Source: Octopus sinensis
Lineage: Eukaryota
Assembly (NCBI RefSeq): GCF_006345805.1
Contig: NC_043009.1
Span: 15,376,001-15,440,000 of the forward strand
DNA length: 64,000 nt
Direction: 5' to 3'
Shown: piece by piece, positions 12,609 to 26,577 of the stretch
How positions within the stretch are numbered: position 1 is the first letter of the stretch
How the letters are laid out: every line of letters starts with the position of its first letter
Made by a program: the position numbers and the translations under genes
The notes under the pieces: model-generated
Told to the model about the DNA's origin: nothing
Databases searched by the model: none
What the model saw: only the letters and a program-made list of their open reading frames with translations

Positions 12609-12921
12609 GGCGGAGTCGCAATGGGCCAGTGGTTAGGGCAGCGGACTCACGGTGGTAGGATCACGGTTTTGATTCCCAGACCGGGCATCGTGAGTGTTCG
12701 TTGAGCGAAAACGTCTAAAGCTCCACGAGGCTCCGGCAGGTGTTGGTGGTGATCCCTGCTGAACTCTTTTGCCACAACTTTCTGTCACTCTTTCTTCTGT
12801 TGGCCTGCTCGCTTAGCCAGCGGGGTGGCGTCATTTGAAGGCTAAAACAATGCGAAGCGCATTGTGACCAGCGATGTGTAGCAACATCTGATAGTCTGGT
12901 CGGTCACGGTGGTCACGGTGA
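12609..12921 (+). mobile_element. tRNA-derived SINE (family B, ggtcacggt tail) between (GT)n and (TA)n
   Basis: tRNA-like head cagtggttagggcagcggact...ggttttgattccc; near-identical inverted copy at 25191-25475. Confidence 0.85.
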
Positions 12922-13502
12922 TATATACATACACACACATATATATTATATATATATATATATATATGGTTGTGGATGGGGTCTTACATAATAAAGCTAC
13001 GATACTTTTGTCCTTTGATAAAGAATGATAATTGATCTCCTCGATTTGTTTTACTAGTTTAGTGCTCATTGAATTTCTACTGTTCAGAAAAAATAGGTAT
13101 GACACAGTATTTACTACGAAATTTGCTGAAGATGAGCAACAATCTTGCTTCCTCCTAGAGTAATCACAAATTTTGTCAAATTATTCTTATTAGAATTTGG
13201 TTCTTTGGTAGACAGCTGACCATATTTCTTAGTTACACTTTTTAATGCAACAAAGAAATGAGGTTAGATGTGTACGGAAACCCCTAATGGATATTGAAAG
13301 AAAAAAAGTATGTTAAAACATTGCATCATGCATTTTGAAACGAAAGGCGTTGTGGCCGAAGGGCTTTCTTACCTATATGCAAAGCAAACTAAATAATACT
13401 TTTTGTTCCAAACTCGTAAGGTTCAAAAGTATATGTCTGAACACATACATTCATATATATATATGTGTATGTATGTATGTGTGTATGTGTGTGTGTGCCG
13501 TG

Positions 13503-13865
13503 GCACTCCATCGGTTACGATGACATGGGTTCCAGTTGATCCGATCAACGGAACAGCCTGCTCGTGATATGAACTTACAAGTGGCTGAGAATTCCACAAA
13601 CCCGTGTACCCTTAACGTAGTTCTCAGGGAGATTCAGCGTTACACATAGTGTGACAAGGCTTGCCCTTTGAAATACGGGTACAGCAGAAATAAAAGTGTG
13701 AGAGAAAGTTGTGGTGAAAGAGTACAGCAGGGTTCGCCACCACCCCGCTCCCGGAGCCTCGTGGAGCCTTAGGTGTCTTCGCTCAATAAACACTCACAAC
13801 GCCCGGTCTTGGTATCGAAACCGCGATCCTACGAGCCCGAGTCCGCTGCCCTAACCACTGGGCCA
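13503..13865 (-). mobile_element. Chimeric SINE: family B head/body with family D tail
   Basis: Head matches the 12609 and 25191 copies; tail matches the 20136 and 34811 copies. Confidence 0.8.
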
Positions 13866-13915
13866 CACACACAAACAGATATACATTTATATGTATATAT
13901 ATATATACATATATA

Positions 13916-13967
<52 letters not shown>

Positions 13968-14035
13968 GAATATATACATCTTTATGCATATATATTTATA
14001 TATATTTGTGTATGTATATAAATATATATATATAT

Positions 14036-14600
14036 ATATTGTTGTATTTAGGAATGGTCATTTTGCCAGTTTAGCCAATAAAAACACACGCAATATATAT
14101 TTGGTGTTACTTTGCTTCAGCATTATTTATTTTTTACATTAATCTTAATCTTATTTCGGCTAGAGTTCTTTCGTCACACTCCTGTGACCGCATCAGTGGT
14201 CCTTTGCTCTCTTCTTTCTTATTTGTGTGTCTCTCCTTACTAACGGTCAGCCATTTTGTATTTTGGATTTCTATTGCATGTCTTCATTTGCTCATGCGTA
14301 TAACTCTATGTTTCTCTCTGTTTAGTTAGTGTATATGTGTGGGTAGTGTCTGTAATATTTGTATCTCCTGTTTATATACGTTTGTGTAATTTGTTTTTGT
14401 TTTTGTTTTGTGACGAGAGAACTCTGACCGAAGTAAGATTAAGATTAATGTAAAAAATAAATAACGCTGAAGCAAAGTAACACCAAATATATAGTGCGTG
14501 TGTTTTTATTGGCTAAACAGTCAAAATGACCATTCCTAAATGCAACAATATCTGTTTCAACATACGATTTCACATAAAAAAAATCTTGCAAAACAAATAT
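14036..14600. mobile_element. Fold-back insert in (TA)n (~140-bp inverted arms), probable Penelope pseudo-LTR derivative
   Basis: Arms 14036-14177 and 14410-14551; minus-strand CTGATGC-GGTCA...GAAA motif at 14154-14196. Confidence 0.65.
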
Positions 14601-14607
14601 ATAAACG

Positions 14608-14647
<40 letters not shown>

Positions 14648-14949
14648 TAAATCATATTATAATGAAATCAAAAGTTTTGTGAAATACAGCTACCCATGGT
14701 TTCCCGACTGAAGCTTAAATTTATTTCACTATTTTTGACACTGAGAAAAAAAACTTTCTATGATGTAAGGAATGAATTGACGTAAGATGTATATATATTC
14801 GATTGATTCTTAATGGTTTACACAGAGAATGGTGCTGTTCCCATGGCTTCACTCATGGTCAGAGACTTGACCTGTGTGAATGTTACTCTTAATTGCTCGT
14901 CCGAACATTTGTAAGTCGATGACATTGGTAGGATGTGAATTCAGATACA

Positions 14950-15600
14950 GTGGTATACTAGAGATGTTCATAGCAGTAGTGCTAGTCTAGTCCCCCAGAA
15001 AATGACAAGTATCGGAGCTTAAGTATTTTTTGGCTTTGGAGAGTGAATGTAATCTGCGGCGCATTTTAGTATTGTCGACAACTTTTGTGACGATGGGACA
15101 ATGTATCGACATTCAATACCAATGGATAGCTGAAAATGATTAGTGTCTAAATTCGAGTATTTGTAAGTTAATAGTTTCAGGAACATAATTGGGACTGGAA
15201 GGAACATCAGAGATGACGTTCTTTGTGGCTTTGTATATAAATTATGGATAAGAGCGCTATGGTGTGCTTGTAGTACACATGTAAATCGTTCAGTTGATCA
15301 TAATTCACTTTAAGAACAATATAGTTCGCAGAATGACTGATGGAACATCGAACTTGCAGTGATTTGGAGAGCTAGTCTTTTCTCAAACGACAGTCAGATC
15401 GTCTCTTAGATGTACTCTGAGATATTTATGCCTTTCAGGAATACTGACCCAAATATAGCAGCAATATTCAATTGGTTGTTTAGGCCGAGTAATTGTTTGC
15501 AGCTACTCTTGATGTGGAGCATTTCAGTGCAGTTGTATTTGGTTTATAGTGCAAAGTTTAGGCATCTCGGATAGAACGATTTGTGGGATACGCTCCTTCT
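14950..15600 (-). mobile_element. Highly decayed CR1/L2-like LINE 3' fragment
   Basis: Weak minus-strand motif RPKQPIEYCCYIW resembling RPxLEYxxxxW. Confidence 0.3.
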
Positions 15601-18049
15601 ATCTTTGCTCGAAGCTCTAATCCGAATAAGGTCTACATTTTCCTTCCGTATTTCCAGGCCAATAAATACAGTATTAATATAGGTTTGTTCATTCTTTCTA
15701 TTCTCCCCCCCTCTCTCTCTCTCTTTCTCTCTCTCTTTTTCTGGTTTGCACCTATATTTCAACTCTCCGCAGTTATCAGAGATATTTTGTAGGTTTATTT
15801 TGCGATTGCCGACACTGTTTATTTAAAAGGAAATGATTGATATGTTTCTCGTTGACAGGTGTTTACAATTTATCACTTTACCGAGTTTGAATAAGATTAT
15901 CAGTGATGTCTTGTGGTTGCATATGGGTGATGCCACTATGCGAAAGATTATAGATTGATGTAATTATTAGCGTAGGTGTAGCCATTTTATAAAATAAAGG
16001 TGCTAATGTACACAAAGATTATGTCACGTTTTATTGGACTTCGTGGCATACCAGAAATAAAGAACGGATGGGAAAAATTACTAGGAGAGAAATATTGATA
16101 TACACTCTGAGAAATATTAATATACACTTGATACGGAAGTACCCATAAAATGAGTAATGGAAGAAGACCACAGAATGATCTTGCGCTATACATTTTCCGC
16201 CTATCAATGTCAAAATGTTTACTGATACCAAATACAAAGATATTAGTCTGAAATAAAATTCCTCAATGTCAACGGATCATCACTGAACGGCAAAATCCCT
16301 GTATAGCTGGCATTGTTAAAGAAGGAAAGAAGTAAAAAAATAACGTGTATTTAAAGGGAACTGTCGAATAAAATTTACATATTGATATTTAGTGTGACAG
16401 ATCAGTCTACAGGGAGAATAAAGCGTTTGACGAAGATAGCTGTTAAATATTTTGCGTAGTGTTTCGGGGTTGAAAAATTGTTGGTAAGGAATTCAGTGGT
16501 GGGGTATACTGTGATGCTCCAAATTGTCTGTTGATTCACGGATGTTAAAACTGTAGTTATTAATTTAGTTGTGGAAAATAGATGATAGTTTCGTTGTTTT
16601 TCAGGTTTTAGTTCTCAGAAGTGCTGCTGTAGTCAACGCCTTAGGATCTACTTCATCGGGTATGAGGTCATGTGATTCGGATTTGAGCGTGAAGTCAGTA
16701 GGTAATTAGGAAAATAAGTTTAGTGTTATTATTAACGGGAAAGTTAGTATACTTCATATTTGTAATTCGCAGCTAGAGGAGCTCTAAAATACAGAAAGCA
16801 TAGATTTTTGGCAGTAATTTGGAAATATTCTAACTAAGCGTGAATCGACACTGCCTGCATGGTTTGAAATATGCTAATACTCCATGAGCTTGAAAATGGA
16901 GATAAGAAAGAGATGAAGCACGTATTTATGCGGTAATACTTATAATTGTTGAATAGAATTTATAGGTATAAACCTTTCTGCTTCTACGCTTGTTTTGTTG
17001 GTATAATGGAAAACTGAAGAGGTGTTTTGAAAACTTTTGCCTGCAAGGACGTTGACTTCAAAATTAGATGAAATGACATAGATATCTTTCAATACAGAGA
17101 GATTTAATAAAAATTGTTGATGTTCGGAGATGTCTTGAGAATGGTAAACAGCAAATAAATTTCGACGAATACCGAACGGGGAATAATTGAATGTCTCTTT
17201 TGCCGATATTTATGGAGAAAGTGTAAGGGTGTTGCATTAAAAAAATAGGCGGAAACTGAATTACATTACCACCAAAATGTTACTCGAGAATTTTATTTCG
17301 AAATCTTATAATTATATTCGTTGGTTATTCTTAGCCTTACTTGTACGTAGACTGTGAATTATAAGAAATAAAGTTATTTATATGGAAAACTTAAACTGAA
17401 ATATTTCATTTAAGTGAATTGCATAGTGCTCTGCATTAACTATTAGGAATAAACTAAATGTCCATTGTAGGTTTTCACTTCCCTATCTGTAAATTTAATC
17501 TTTAAATTGCAATTCATTGCCAAGTACTTCGGTATGTCTACTATTTGAGTAAGCCTACAAATTCAATTCCAAAATAAATTAAATTTCTTGAGAAAAAAAT
17601 AATCGAAAAAACTCAAATAATTTCTTGTTTAAAGCTTGAATGTACCTGTATAAATCTATTGCAAATTGTAATAACTAAATATATTGTATAAAATCTGATT
17701 TAATTTACTTTCCAATTCCCTGTGCTTTATCTGTTTTGATACCAAACCTATTCTCGTACGTAACGTGTGTACCGTTGAAGAAATTTCTATGAATTAGAAA
17801 TCAAGCCCAGGAGACCCAATCATGCAAAACTGTCTCCATGTTATGTCTATCCTTCACACACTCGTGCGCGTGCGCAGGAGACTGAGTCAAAAGTGTTTTC
17901 GGAGTTTTGGCAACTTGTATCTTCATATTATATTATCGATTCGATACAACTTTTCCAATCGTAGCTGCATTTTTTATTCTTTATTTTCCTTTGCAACATG
18001 TAAAATATAATTATTATTCTTTAGTTTACAGCTTCGATAAAAATGGGTG

Positions 18050-18700
18050 AAAACATTGCAGTTAGTGGTACTTTAGGAAACCTGTGAGAACAAATGGGTC
18101 TAAGTTGAAGGGCAATAACAAAAGAAATGTGTAACCGCCAAGGAATGCGTGACACAAATCTTGTTCAGACTTTTCAAGGAAAGTAACACCATTTTCGTAG
18201 AAAAACAAGGTCACGGAGAACGTTTTAACGGAAGATATAGTCTTGCTTGAAATTATTGCTCAATCGCCAAGCACAAGATTTTGTACTTTGTCAGCAAAAC
18301 TTGATCCCTCTCAAAGTACCATTAATGTACACCTCCATACACAGAGCATTTAAAACAGATGCTTTCGAGAAGTTCCTCGTGAATTGAACAATGACCATGC
18401 TCAACAGTGTGTGTACATTTGCGATTTCCGGGACGATTCGTACCTTGAGATGAAGAATAAATACTTTTTCTACTCCTAGTGAAATAAATCTGTAGCTTAA
18501 TTTTGGCCCAGGTTTCAAAACCTTTTGTCAAACAAGGACAGTTTGAACAAAAGGTCATGTGTATTCGGTGGATATACGCCGATAACATTTATGCTCAACT
18601 GCAGTTAGTATATGTTGCTTTGAAAGCTTGCAACCCGGTAGTATTCAATTGAAGACACCCACTATTAGTGCATAACAATGCCCCATCACACACTGAAAAT
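18050..18700 (+). mobile_element. Decayed Tc1-like transposase
   Basis: Fragmentary motifs ending MHNNAPSH (second catalytic Asp region). Confidence 0.45.
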
Positions 18701-19742
18701 GTGAACAAAATGCAGACTTCAAGGACGTGTCGAGGCAGGAAGTTCTGCTTCAACCTCACTACAGTCCAAACCAGAATTTGCATCATCATTCTACCTTTAT
18801 TGCTACGTTTAGCAGCTTTCTACTGCTCTTCTTCTTTCCTCCAAGTCATTACCCTGTACTCTGTTAGTGGTGGACGAAAATACCGAGCAACTGCTCTATT
18901 ACCATGTTCTTTTGCATATGGTATGACATCTAGTTTAAATTCGATGTTATAATCGCTTTTATTTTATCAGCCATGGGTTTGGAATCTATACGAAATTTAC
19001 AGTAAATAAATTTAGAGGGACATTATGGGAAACCGTACCCTTGCCCCCTCTCACATCACCTGTTGTTTACATTTTGGCCAGGAGAATTGCTATACAAGAT
19101 GAGAAACTGGTATTCCTGAATGTGAATTTTCGTACAAACGTGACAGGACACGATGTGGACAATAAGAGGAAAAGACTAAAAGAAACAAACGCAAATGAAT
19201 GACTAAGAAAATAACACAACAGGAAGGAGGCCCTGTTATAAGAGCGAAGCATCGGACACATCATCTCATCTGGTCATTGCAAATGGCTGCCAGGAGGTGG
19301 ACAGTTTTTTAACAATCTTTTCAAATTTCTCGGAACATTTTTCATTTAGATGATGATCAAATATTTCTAAAAAGTAACCCAGTCATTAAATAATGTAAAA
19401 AAAATATAAAGTGTAGGTTATGTATGCTGGAGTAGGAGACGAGTGAGATTATGTGAGCTTCCCTCATAATTGCCGACGTATCGTAAGCAATTTTTCATAA
19501 GTTTGTGATGACAGAATGTGATAATTCGGCTTCTTTTCAATATTTTGTTATTAATAACACAGCTTACTCTAATGATTTGTTTTTTTCATTATTCTATTAT
19601 TCGCAACAATTTTTGTGCCCATGGAACTTACCTCCAATATGCTCGTACGGCTCCCTAGCCTACGGTGGTTGGTCTTCCATCCGTAATTAGGCGCAGAGCA
19701 ATACTAAAAGCGCAAATCTCCCGGAAAATTCAGTGTATATAC

Positions 19743-19829
<87 letters not shown>

Positions 19830-19924
19830 CATACATACATATAGATAGATATACATACATAATATTATATATATGCATGTGTATATGTGTATGTGTGCAT
19901 GTGTGTGTGTGTCCTTATGTCTAA

Positions 19925-20125
19925 AGATGTCCTCCACCACCGCTTGACAGCCAGCGCTATTGTGTTTACGTCCCCGTAACTTCACAGAAGGGGAACAGAT
20001 AACAATAGAATAAGTACTAGAATGTATAAACAAAGTACTAGTGTCGATTCATTCGATTTAAAATCCTTCTAGGTGGTGCACTAGCACGGCTGCAGTCGAA
20101 TGACTAGAACAAGTAAATGATAAAA
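19925..20125 (+). mobile_element. 3' half of family C SINE
   Basis: cgcttgacagcc..gtgtttacgtccccgtaactt..agaataagtactag shared with the 21.9, 30.1 and 62.8 kb copies. Confidence 0.65.
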
Positions 20126-20135
20126 GATATAACTT

Positions 20136-20452
20136 GCATTCCGTCGATTCCGACGACGTGGGATCCATTTGATCCGATATAAAGGAAAAAATTGCCTGTG
20201 ATTTTAATGTGCAACTGGCTGAGCATTCCATAAACATGCATATATATAGCATAGTTCTCAGGGAGATTCAGCGTGACAAAGAATGCGTGAACGCTGGCCC
20301 TTTGAAACACGGGTGCTGTTCCTTTTTACCAGCTGACTGGACTGGAGCAGCGTGAATGCAAATCGTCCTGCTCAAGGTCACGACACGCTTCTGGGAATCG
20401 AACGCACGATCTTACGATCTTAAGCCAAACATCGCAACCACTAAGTCATTCG
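20136..20452 (-). mobile_element. tRNA-derived SINE (family D)
   Basis: B-box gttcgattccc on minus strand; homologous to 34811-35072. Confidence 0.7.
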
Positions 20453-20549
20453 TTCTAAAAGATGAGTAAATTGTCACCATTTTATATTTTTAATTTCGAG
20501 CATTGCTTATTTTTTATTTTGTCGACTACACAGTATAGTAAGTTTAGTT

Positions 20550-21260
20550 GGGCACCGTCTGTAAGTAATACGGTATTATAACGCATATCACTCTACCAAA
20601 AATTTCGAAACGGTATGCTGTAATGTTTGGCATTCGTAACGGAAGCTCCAATATGAACGTGTCAGAGTGTTTGAGTGTCAATCTGAGGACATGTACCGAG
20701 ATTGATAAAAATCAAACAAGTCAATAACATGGTGTTTGGAGAGATCACTAGTGATGGCGACGTTATGCCTCCATTCATTTTCCTACGCAGCCTCAAATTC
20801 AATTAGGAAGTCTACGTCAAGTGCCTGGCGAAGGTAGTGCTGCTTTGGATCATGAAGGTGGCTGCTGGAAGACATTCTCTCTGGCAAAAGGACTCTGCAC
20901 CTTGCCACACAAACAGGAGAACCCAGTCATGTGCGACCACATCACCCCCAAACATCTGGCCACTTATGTCCCAGACTGCAACACATTTCATTAAGAGTGG
21001 GGCACAGTTGAGCGGGAGAGAAAACAAAATTCTTTGTAACACCAAAGAGGAACTGAAGGCAAGGATTACTGCAGAAGTCACTTAACGTAAACGAAAAGAC
21101 CGTCCGGAGGCCGTGTTTGAAGCCAAGGGCGATTTTATTGAATAAATTTACTCTTTAGGGTTTCAAGATATATTTATATTACTTTGATAGATATATCTGT
21201 GAAAATGAGGTGTGTTATTTTCATTTTTGCGTAAGTTAAACGAGTTTATTGACCACACCT
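20550..21260 (+). mobile_element. Internally deleted maT/DD37D-like Tc1/mariner element
   Basis: MVFGEITSDGDVMPPFIF..YVKCLAKVVLLWIMKVAAGRHSLWQKDSAPCHT..PNIWP..CNTKEELKARI. Confidence 0.75.
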
Positions 21261-21349
21261 TACACACACACACACATACGCGCGCACGCACACACACACG
21301 CACGCACACACATACACACACACACACACACATATATATATGTATATAT

Positions 21350-21417
<68 letters not shown>

Positions 21418-21453
21418 TATATATATATATATATATGTACATGTGTGTGTGTA

Positions 21454-21499
<46 letters not shown>

Positions 21500-21516
21500 G
21501 TACATGTATGTGTGTA

Positions 21517-21554
<38 letters not shown>

Positions 21555-21662
21555 TGATAGTTTGGTATGATTGTGGGGCTTCTGAATCAGATTTCAAATT
21601 TACAGAAACCGGAAAATGCAAAAATATATCAAAACTGGTTTTATAACAACATTTATTTATAA

Positions 21663-22030
21663 GCGTAGGTTTGGCTGTGTTGTAAGAAGTTTGCTTCCGA
21701 ACGATATAGTCCTGTGTTCAGTCACAATGTATGGATCGTTGGACAGGTATCTTCTCTTGTAGTCCCAAGTTTTCAAAGGACATTTGAGTTGAATTTGATA
21801 GACGGGGAATGCAAAAAGCTTGAGGGATATATGTATATTTGTGGCTCTGTGATTGTATTCTAAGGCGGCTCGAAAACCGTTGTTGGTGTGTTTACGTCCC
21901 CGTAATTTAACAGCTTGGCAAGAGAGACCTATAGAATAAGATCCAGGCTTTAAGAAAATAAGTTCTGTTGTCGACTCGTTTGGCTAAACTTTTTTTAAAT
22001 TAGTGTCTCAGCAATGATTGGAAGAAGTAT
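21663..22030 (+). mobile_element. Family C SINE, diverged
   Basis: gcgtaggtttggctgtgttgtaag head and gtgtttacgtccccgtaa body. Confidence 0.65.
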
Positions 22031-24489
22031 ATAATGTGATAAATAACAATTTATAACATAAAGTGAAAGGGGTGGACATCGATAAATGGCATAATTGTAT
22101 GGTTCTGTGCAGTGTTCTCGGATAAATAGTGATTCATAGTGAAATCAGATAGAAATACGTTAACTGAACATAAACTCTTTCCAGTTGAGTAAAGCATATT
22201 TTGAGAGTGATGTTGAGCGACCATGTAGAGTTTATTTCTTTGAATCGGAGTCATAATAGCCAAAATTTCTTTGTATCATGTATATCAGACTAGATTTTCA
22301 ATGGGAACTAATCAAGAAAAACAAACTGCAAAAACGAGAATGTTTAAATCTAATTTACATTTTACACACACACACACACAAGTAATGCAAGGTTGTTTAA
22401 AAGTTGAATTTTTAAAGTTGAGATATTAGTATTTTTTTTTCTGTAATCATATCATGATTACATTTCCCATCGCCAATGTAAATTTACTAATTAATTATCT
22501 CTTAGGTTTGCAACATCGCGTATTATTGGTATTGATTTCAAATCATGAAGTTGCAATTTATACAACATTAATTTTTAAGTAACAACGTAATATCCACTGG
22601 GCATTTTCTGTTATAGAAATAATGGATAAAATGTGATGACTCCGGCAGCAGGTGAATCTCGTAATAAAACGCAAGTTTGAAAGACGTTTCAGGAAATGTT
22701 CTAAAGTGTGTGTTTTAAAAGGAAAAAAAAAATACCTTTCAGCATAATAACCTGCTTTGAATTATCTTCTTTGCGGTTTAGATCCTTCTCAGTATTGCAT
22801 TGTAAAGCTACATGATATTATCAAAATCTCAGTTTATGTCCCTTTCCTCGTGTATTGCTGCTTGAATCAGTTCTTAACGAATTTCATCAAAGTCATACGA
22901 TTTACATTTGTGAAGTTTATGAGACATTTCTGGAGGTGTTACAAAGTCGATTACATAAACTCATAGCAACAATAGATTGTTCAATTGATTCGCAAGTGAA
23001 ATCATATTAAGTTTGCACTTGATAGTCATGAATAAGCTCTTGAAGATGTAAATGAGCAAATTTTCTTTTAGGTGGCTTACTTCAGGGCAATTGAAGGCAG
23101 GAAAATTATGACATAATTCAATAATGATAAATGCTTGGTCGATCTCAGTAAGTACCCTAGCATGAAAGGGAATTAATACGTAAACTCCCTCTACGGAAAG
23201 CGACCGAGAGATGTCTTTAATTGTATTCCGTTTGGTAGAGTATATGTATAAGTATGCTCTTTGGAACGTAGAACTACTTAAGAGTAATTAGATAGTTCAT
23301 TCTCTGCACACAAATGTGACATATACTGTCTATAATCTGACATATTACAACTAAATGCCACTGACACTACCAATAACACGCGTGTTGGGTAAAATCTCTA
23401 ATCTCCGTCAACCCCACTGCAAGTAATTAGAAAGTTTCACCAAGTAAGTTAAGAACATGAAGCACAAAATAAAATATATTTCTTTGTATATTCTTGCGTA
23501 TGCGTAGGGACATAAAAACACACTACGAAATGACTGTTGATGTGCTACGATATAATTAAATATTTGGCTGTAATAGCAAAAAAGCGAAATGAAATAGTTT
23601 AGTAATGCATGGAATATTGCAGGCGACACTCAAATACTGAGAAGTATAAAATATCTTTTTCTCTGCAGTGTGGTATATTTAAAACTGCCATAAGTGTAAA
23701 CACAAGAGGATTTTCAGAATAGTCGCCAAGGACACTACTTCGAAATCAACAACATGATTACAGTTACTTCAGCGAAATATTGAATATTCAATTACCACTG
23801 TGACGTCGCTGAAATATTGAACCTGTGGTTATAGAGATTTATATAATCTGAAGTTGATAAAACGAAGCAAAACTACTTGAAAAAAGAATCAATTACTGTT
23901 TGAAGATTTTTTAAAACTATTATTCTACAAATACCATTACTATAAAATTGTGAGTGAAATTACCAGAAAATATGGGGCACGAATTGATATTTAACTTCTT
24001 TTCATTTCTCTTAAGCTCCCTTACTTTATTCACTTACAGTATTTCATCATTCCTAATTTCTCCTACTAACAGCGTTACCCTATTGTCTTATAAGTACCTT
24101 CGAGAATTAGTAATATCAATCCTGATAATAGGCTCGACTGCTTGCGATTCTGAGGAATCCAATAAAGACACTCAAGTTGAAATGTTTTGTAATAAACTAG
24201 GTTGCTGCTGCCTGGAGCCGAATGGGGCTTCCTTCGATACAAGCTTATTCACCAAACTGGATCGACGCTTTTATCGACCTCCAATGTCTTCTTTCTTTTA
24301 CACTTAACATGTGTCACACATTGGACACCGGCTATGCCAAAACAGCGTCTGGAAGGTTTACTGGAACATATCGAAACCAGTACATATTTTTAAAGCCTGG
24401 CTGACATTCCATCGGACAATTTTACAGAACCACCAACGAATTGTCAATCGTTGATGAAGGATGAATACTAGCAGACAGATATATCCATA

Positions 24490-24541
<52 letters not shown>

Positions 24542-24584
24542 TATAAATATATATCTATATATATATAGAGAGAGAGAGTGAGAG

Positions 24585-25130
24585 AGAGGTCACAAAGGTG
24601 ATGGAGGTTGCTGGGCAGCACCGATTATGCTTAAATAAGAAATAAATTAAAGCACTATATTAATGATTGATAAAGGGAGGTAAGTGCCAAGGGTACATAG
24701 CCGTTTTGCAATTAGGAATTTTGGTGTAGAACACCCTAATTCTCACCACCGGCTCTTAATGCCAAGGGTTAAACTCAACTGTCTTTGTCAATTTTATAAG
24801 AAACACCGTTGAAATCATATACCGATATTCAAAAAAGTTAAAGTATAAACAAGAAATGAAAAGTGCGGCTTATTAACAATTAGAACTTAAAGGCAACACG
24901 AATAGGGATCACAAAAGTGAGGGAGGGTCCTGACGAGCTATATGCGCTAGGGACTTACCTCCATTTAATAGACGTTAATATAGTGCTTTAGTGACTTTAG
25001 GGTTAACTAACCTCTTCTTTTAGCATAACGTGTACTGGCCAGTAACCTCCTTCACTTTTGTGACCTCTATTAATTTTGCATTTAGGTTTTAATCGCTAAT
25101 AATAGTCCACACTTTTAATCTGTTATATGT
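24585..25130. mobile_element. Old fold-back insert between (GA)n/(TA)n tracts
   Basis: Inverted arms 24585-24701 and 24937-25068. Confidence 0.6.
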
Positions 25131-25133
25131 TTG

Positions 25134-25190
<57 letters not shown>

Positions 25191-25475
25191 CACCGTGATG
25201 ACCAGGCTATCAGATGTTGCTACACATCGCTGGTCACAATGCGCTTCGCATTGTTTTTAGCCTTCAAATGACGCCACCCCGCTGGCTAAGCAAGCAGGCC
25301 AACAGGAGAAAGATTGAGAGAAAGTTGTGGTGAAAGAGTACAGCAGGGTTTAACGCCACCCCCTGCTTTAGGTGTTTTCGTTCAATAAACACTCACAACG
25401 CCTGGTCTGGGAATCGAAACCGCGATCGTACGACTGCGAGTCCACTGCCCTAACCACAGGGCAATTGCGCCACCA
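25191..25475 (-). mobile_element. Family B SINE inserted in (TA)n
   Basis: Reverse complement of 12609-12921. Confidence 0.85.
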
Positions 25476-25478
25476 CAT

Positions 25479-25851
<373 letters not shown>

Positions 25852-25899
25852 AACAAGTCAAAAATAGAAAATGCTAAGATGATTTTATAGTGAATCTTT

Positions 25900-25937
25900 C
25901 AGTACCGGTTTCGGTCATTTTAAGACCTTTTCAACTG
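25900..25937 (-). ncRNA. Putative minimal type I hammerhead ribozyme, U3-A8 variant
   Basis: CAG-UUGAAAA-GGUC-uuaaaau-GACC-GAAA-CCGG-UA-CUG; palindrome ACCGGU; sits in the Penelope 3' terminus. Confidence 0.7.
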
Positions 25938-26274
25938 TAACGATTAAATAATTAAATTTAGAAAAATTGGAAGAAAAGTTTTTTTAAAAGAATATTTCTG
26001 TAGTAGTGTTCAGATATAAGTAGCATTCTGCCTTTCTCTGACTCCCTTGTTTGCACTTGTGTGTTCGAGGTCGTTTTGAGTTCTTGGTAGGATAGGTGAA
26101 GAATAATGAAGCTGATGTGGAGAGGGGTGGGGAAATCTGGGAATGCCTTAATGGTCGTATTTTGAATGGTCAGTTGCTGACAGTAGTCGCAGTTCAATTC
26201 AGGAATTGTTTATGGAATTTGCGTAGGCGTTATACTGAAAGACATTAGTGACAAGGTTAAGGGGTGGAAGTGGA

Positions 26275-26452
26275 GAAGTAGAAGAAGAAGAAGATGACGA
26301 TGTTGATGATGATGATGATGAAGAAGAAGAAGAAGAAGAAGAAGAAGAACGAGAAGGAGAAGATGGTGGTGATGATGGTGGTGATGATGATGACGACGAT
26401 TATGATGATAATGATGATGATGAAGAAGAAGAGGAAGAAGAAGAAGAAGAAA
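26275..26452. repeat. Compound (GAA)n/(GAT)n repeat inside the Penelope 3' UTR
   Basis: Directly visible. Confidence 0.95.
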
Positions 26453-26577
26453 AAAACAGAGTAGGGAGAATATGAATGGGTGTAAGTATAGCTTTGATGG
26501 GGCTGATTAGTAATGGATTCTATGGAGTGTAATATTTGTGTGTGTATATATTTCTTTTATTCTAAAGTTGAGGTATA

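Noticed and set aside
12609-12685. tRNA genes (here and at other SINE heads)
   Set aside because: They continue into shared SINE bodies and tails and the cloverleafs are imperfect
26248-26475. Acidic D/E-rich ORF
   Set aside because: Antisense reading of a GAA/GAT microsatellite in the Penelope 3' UTR
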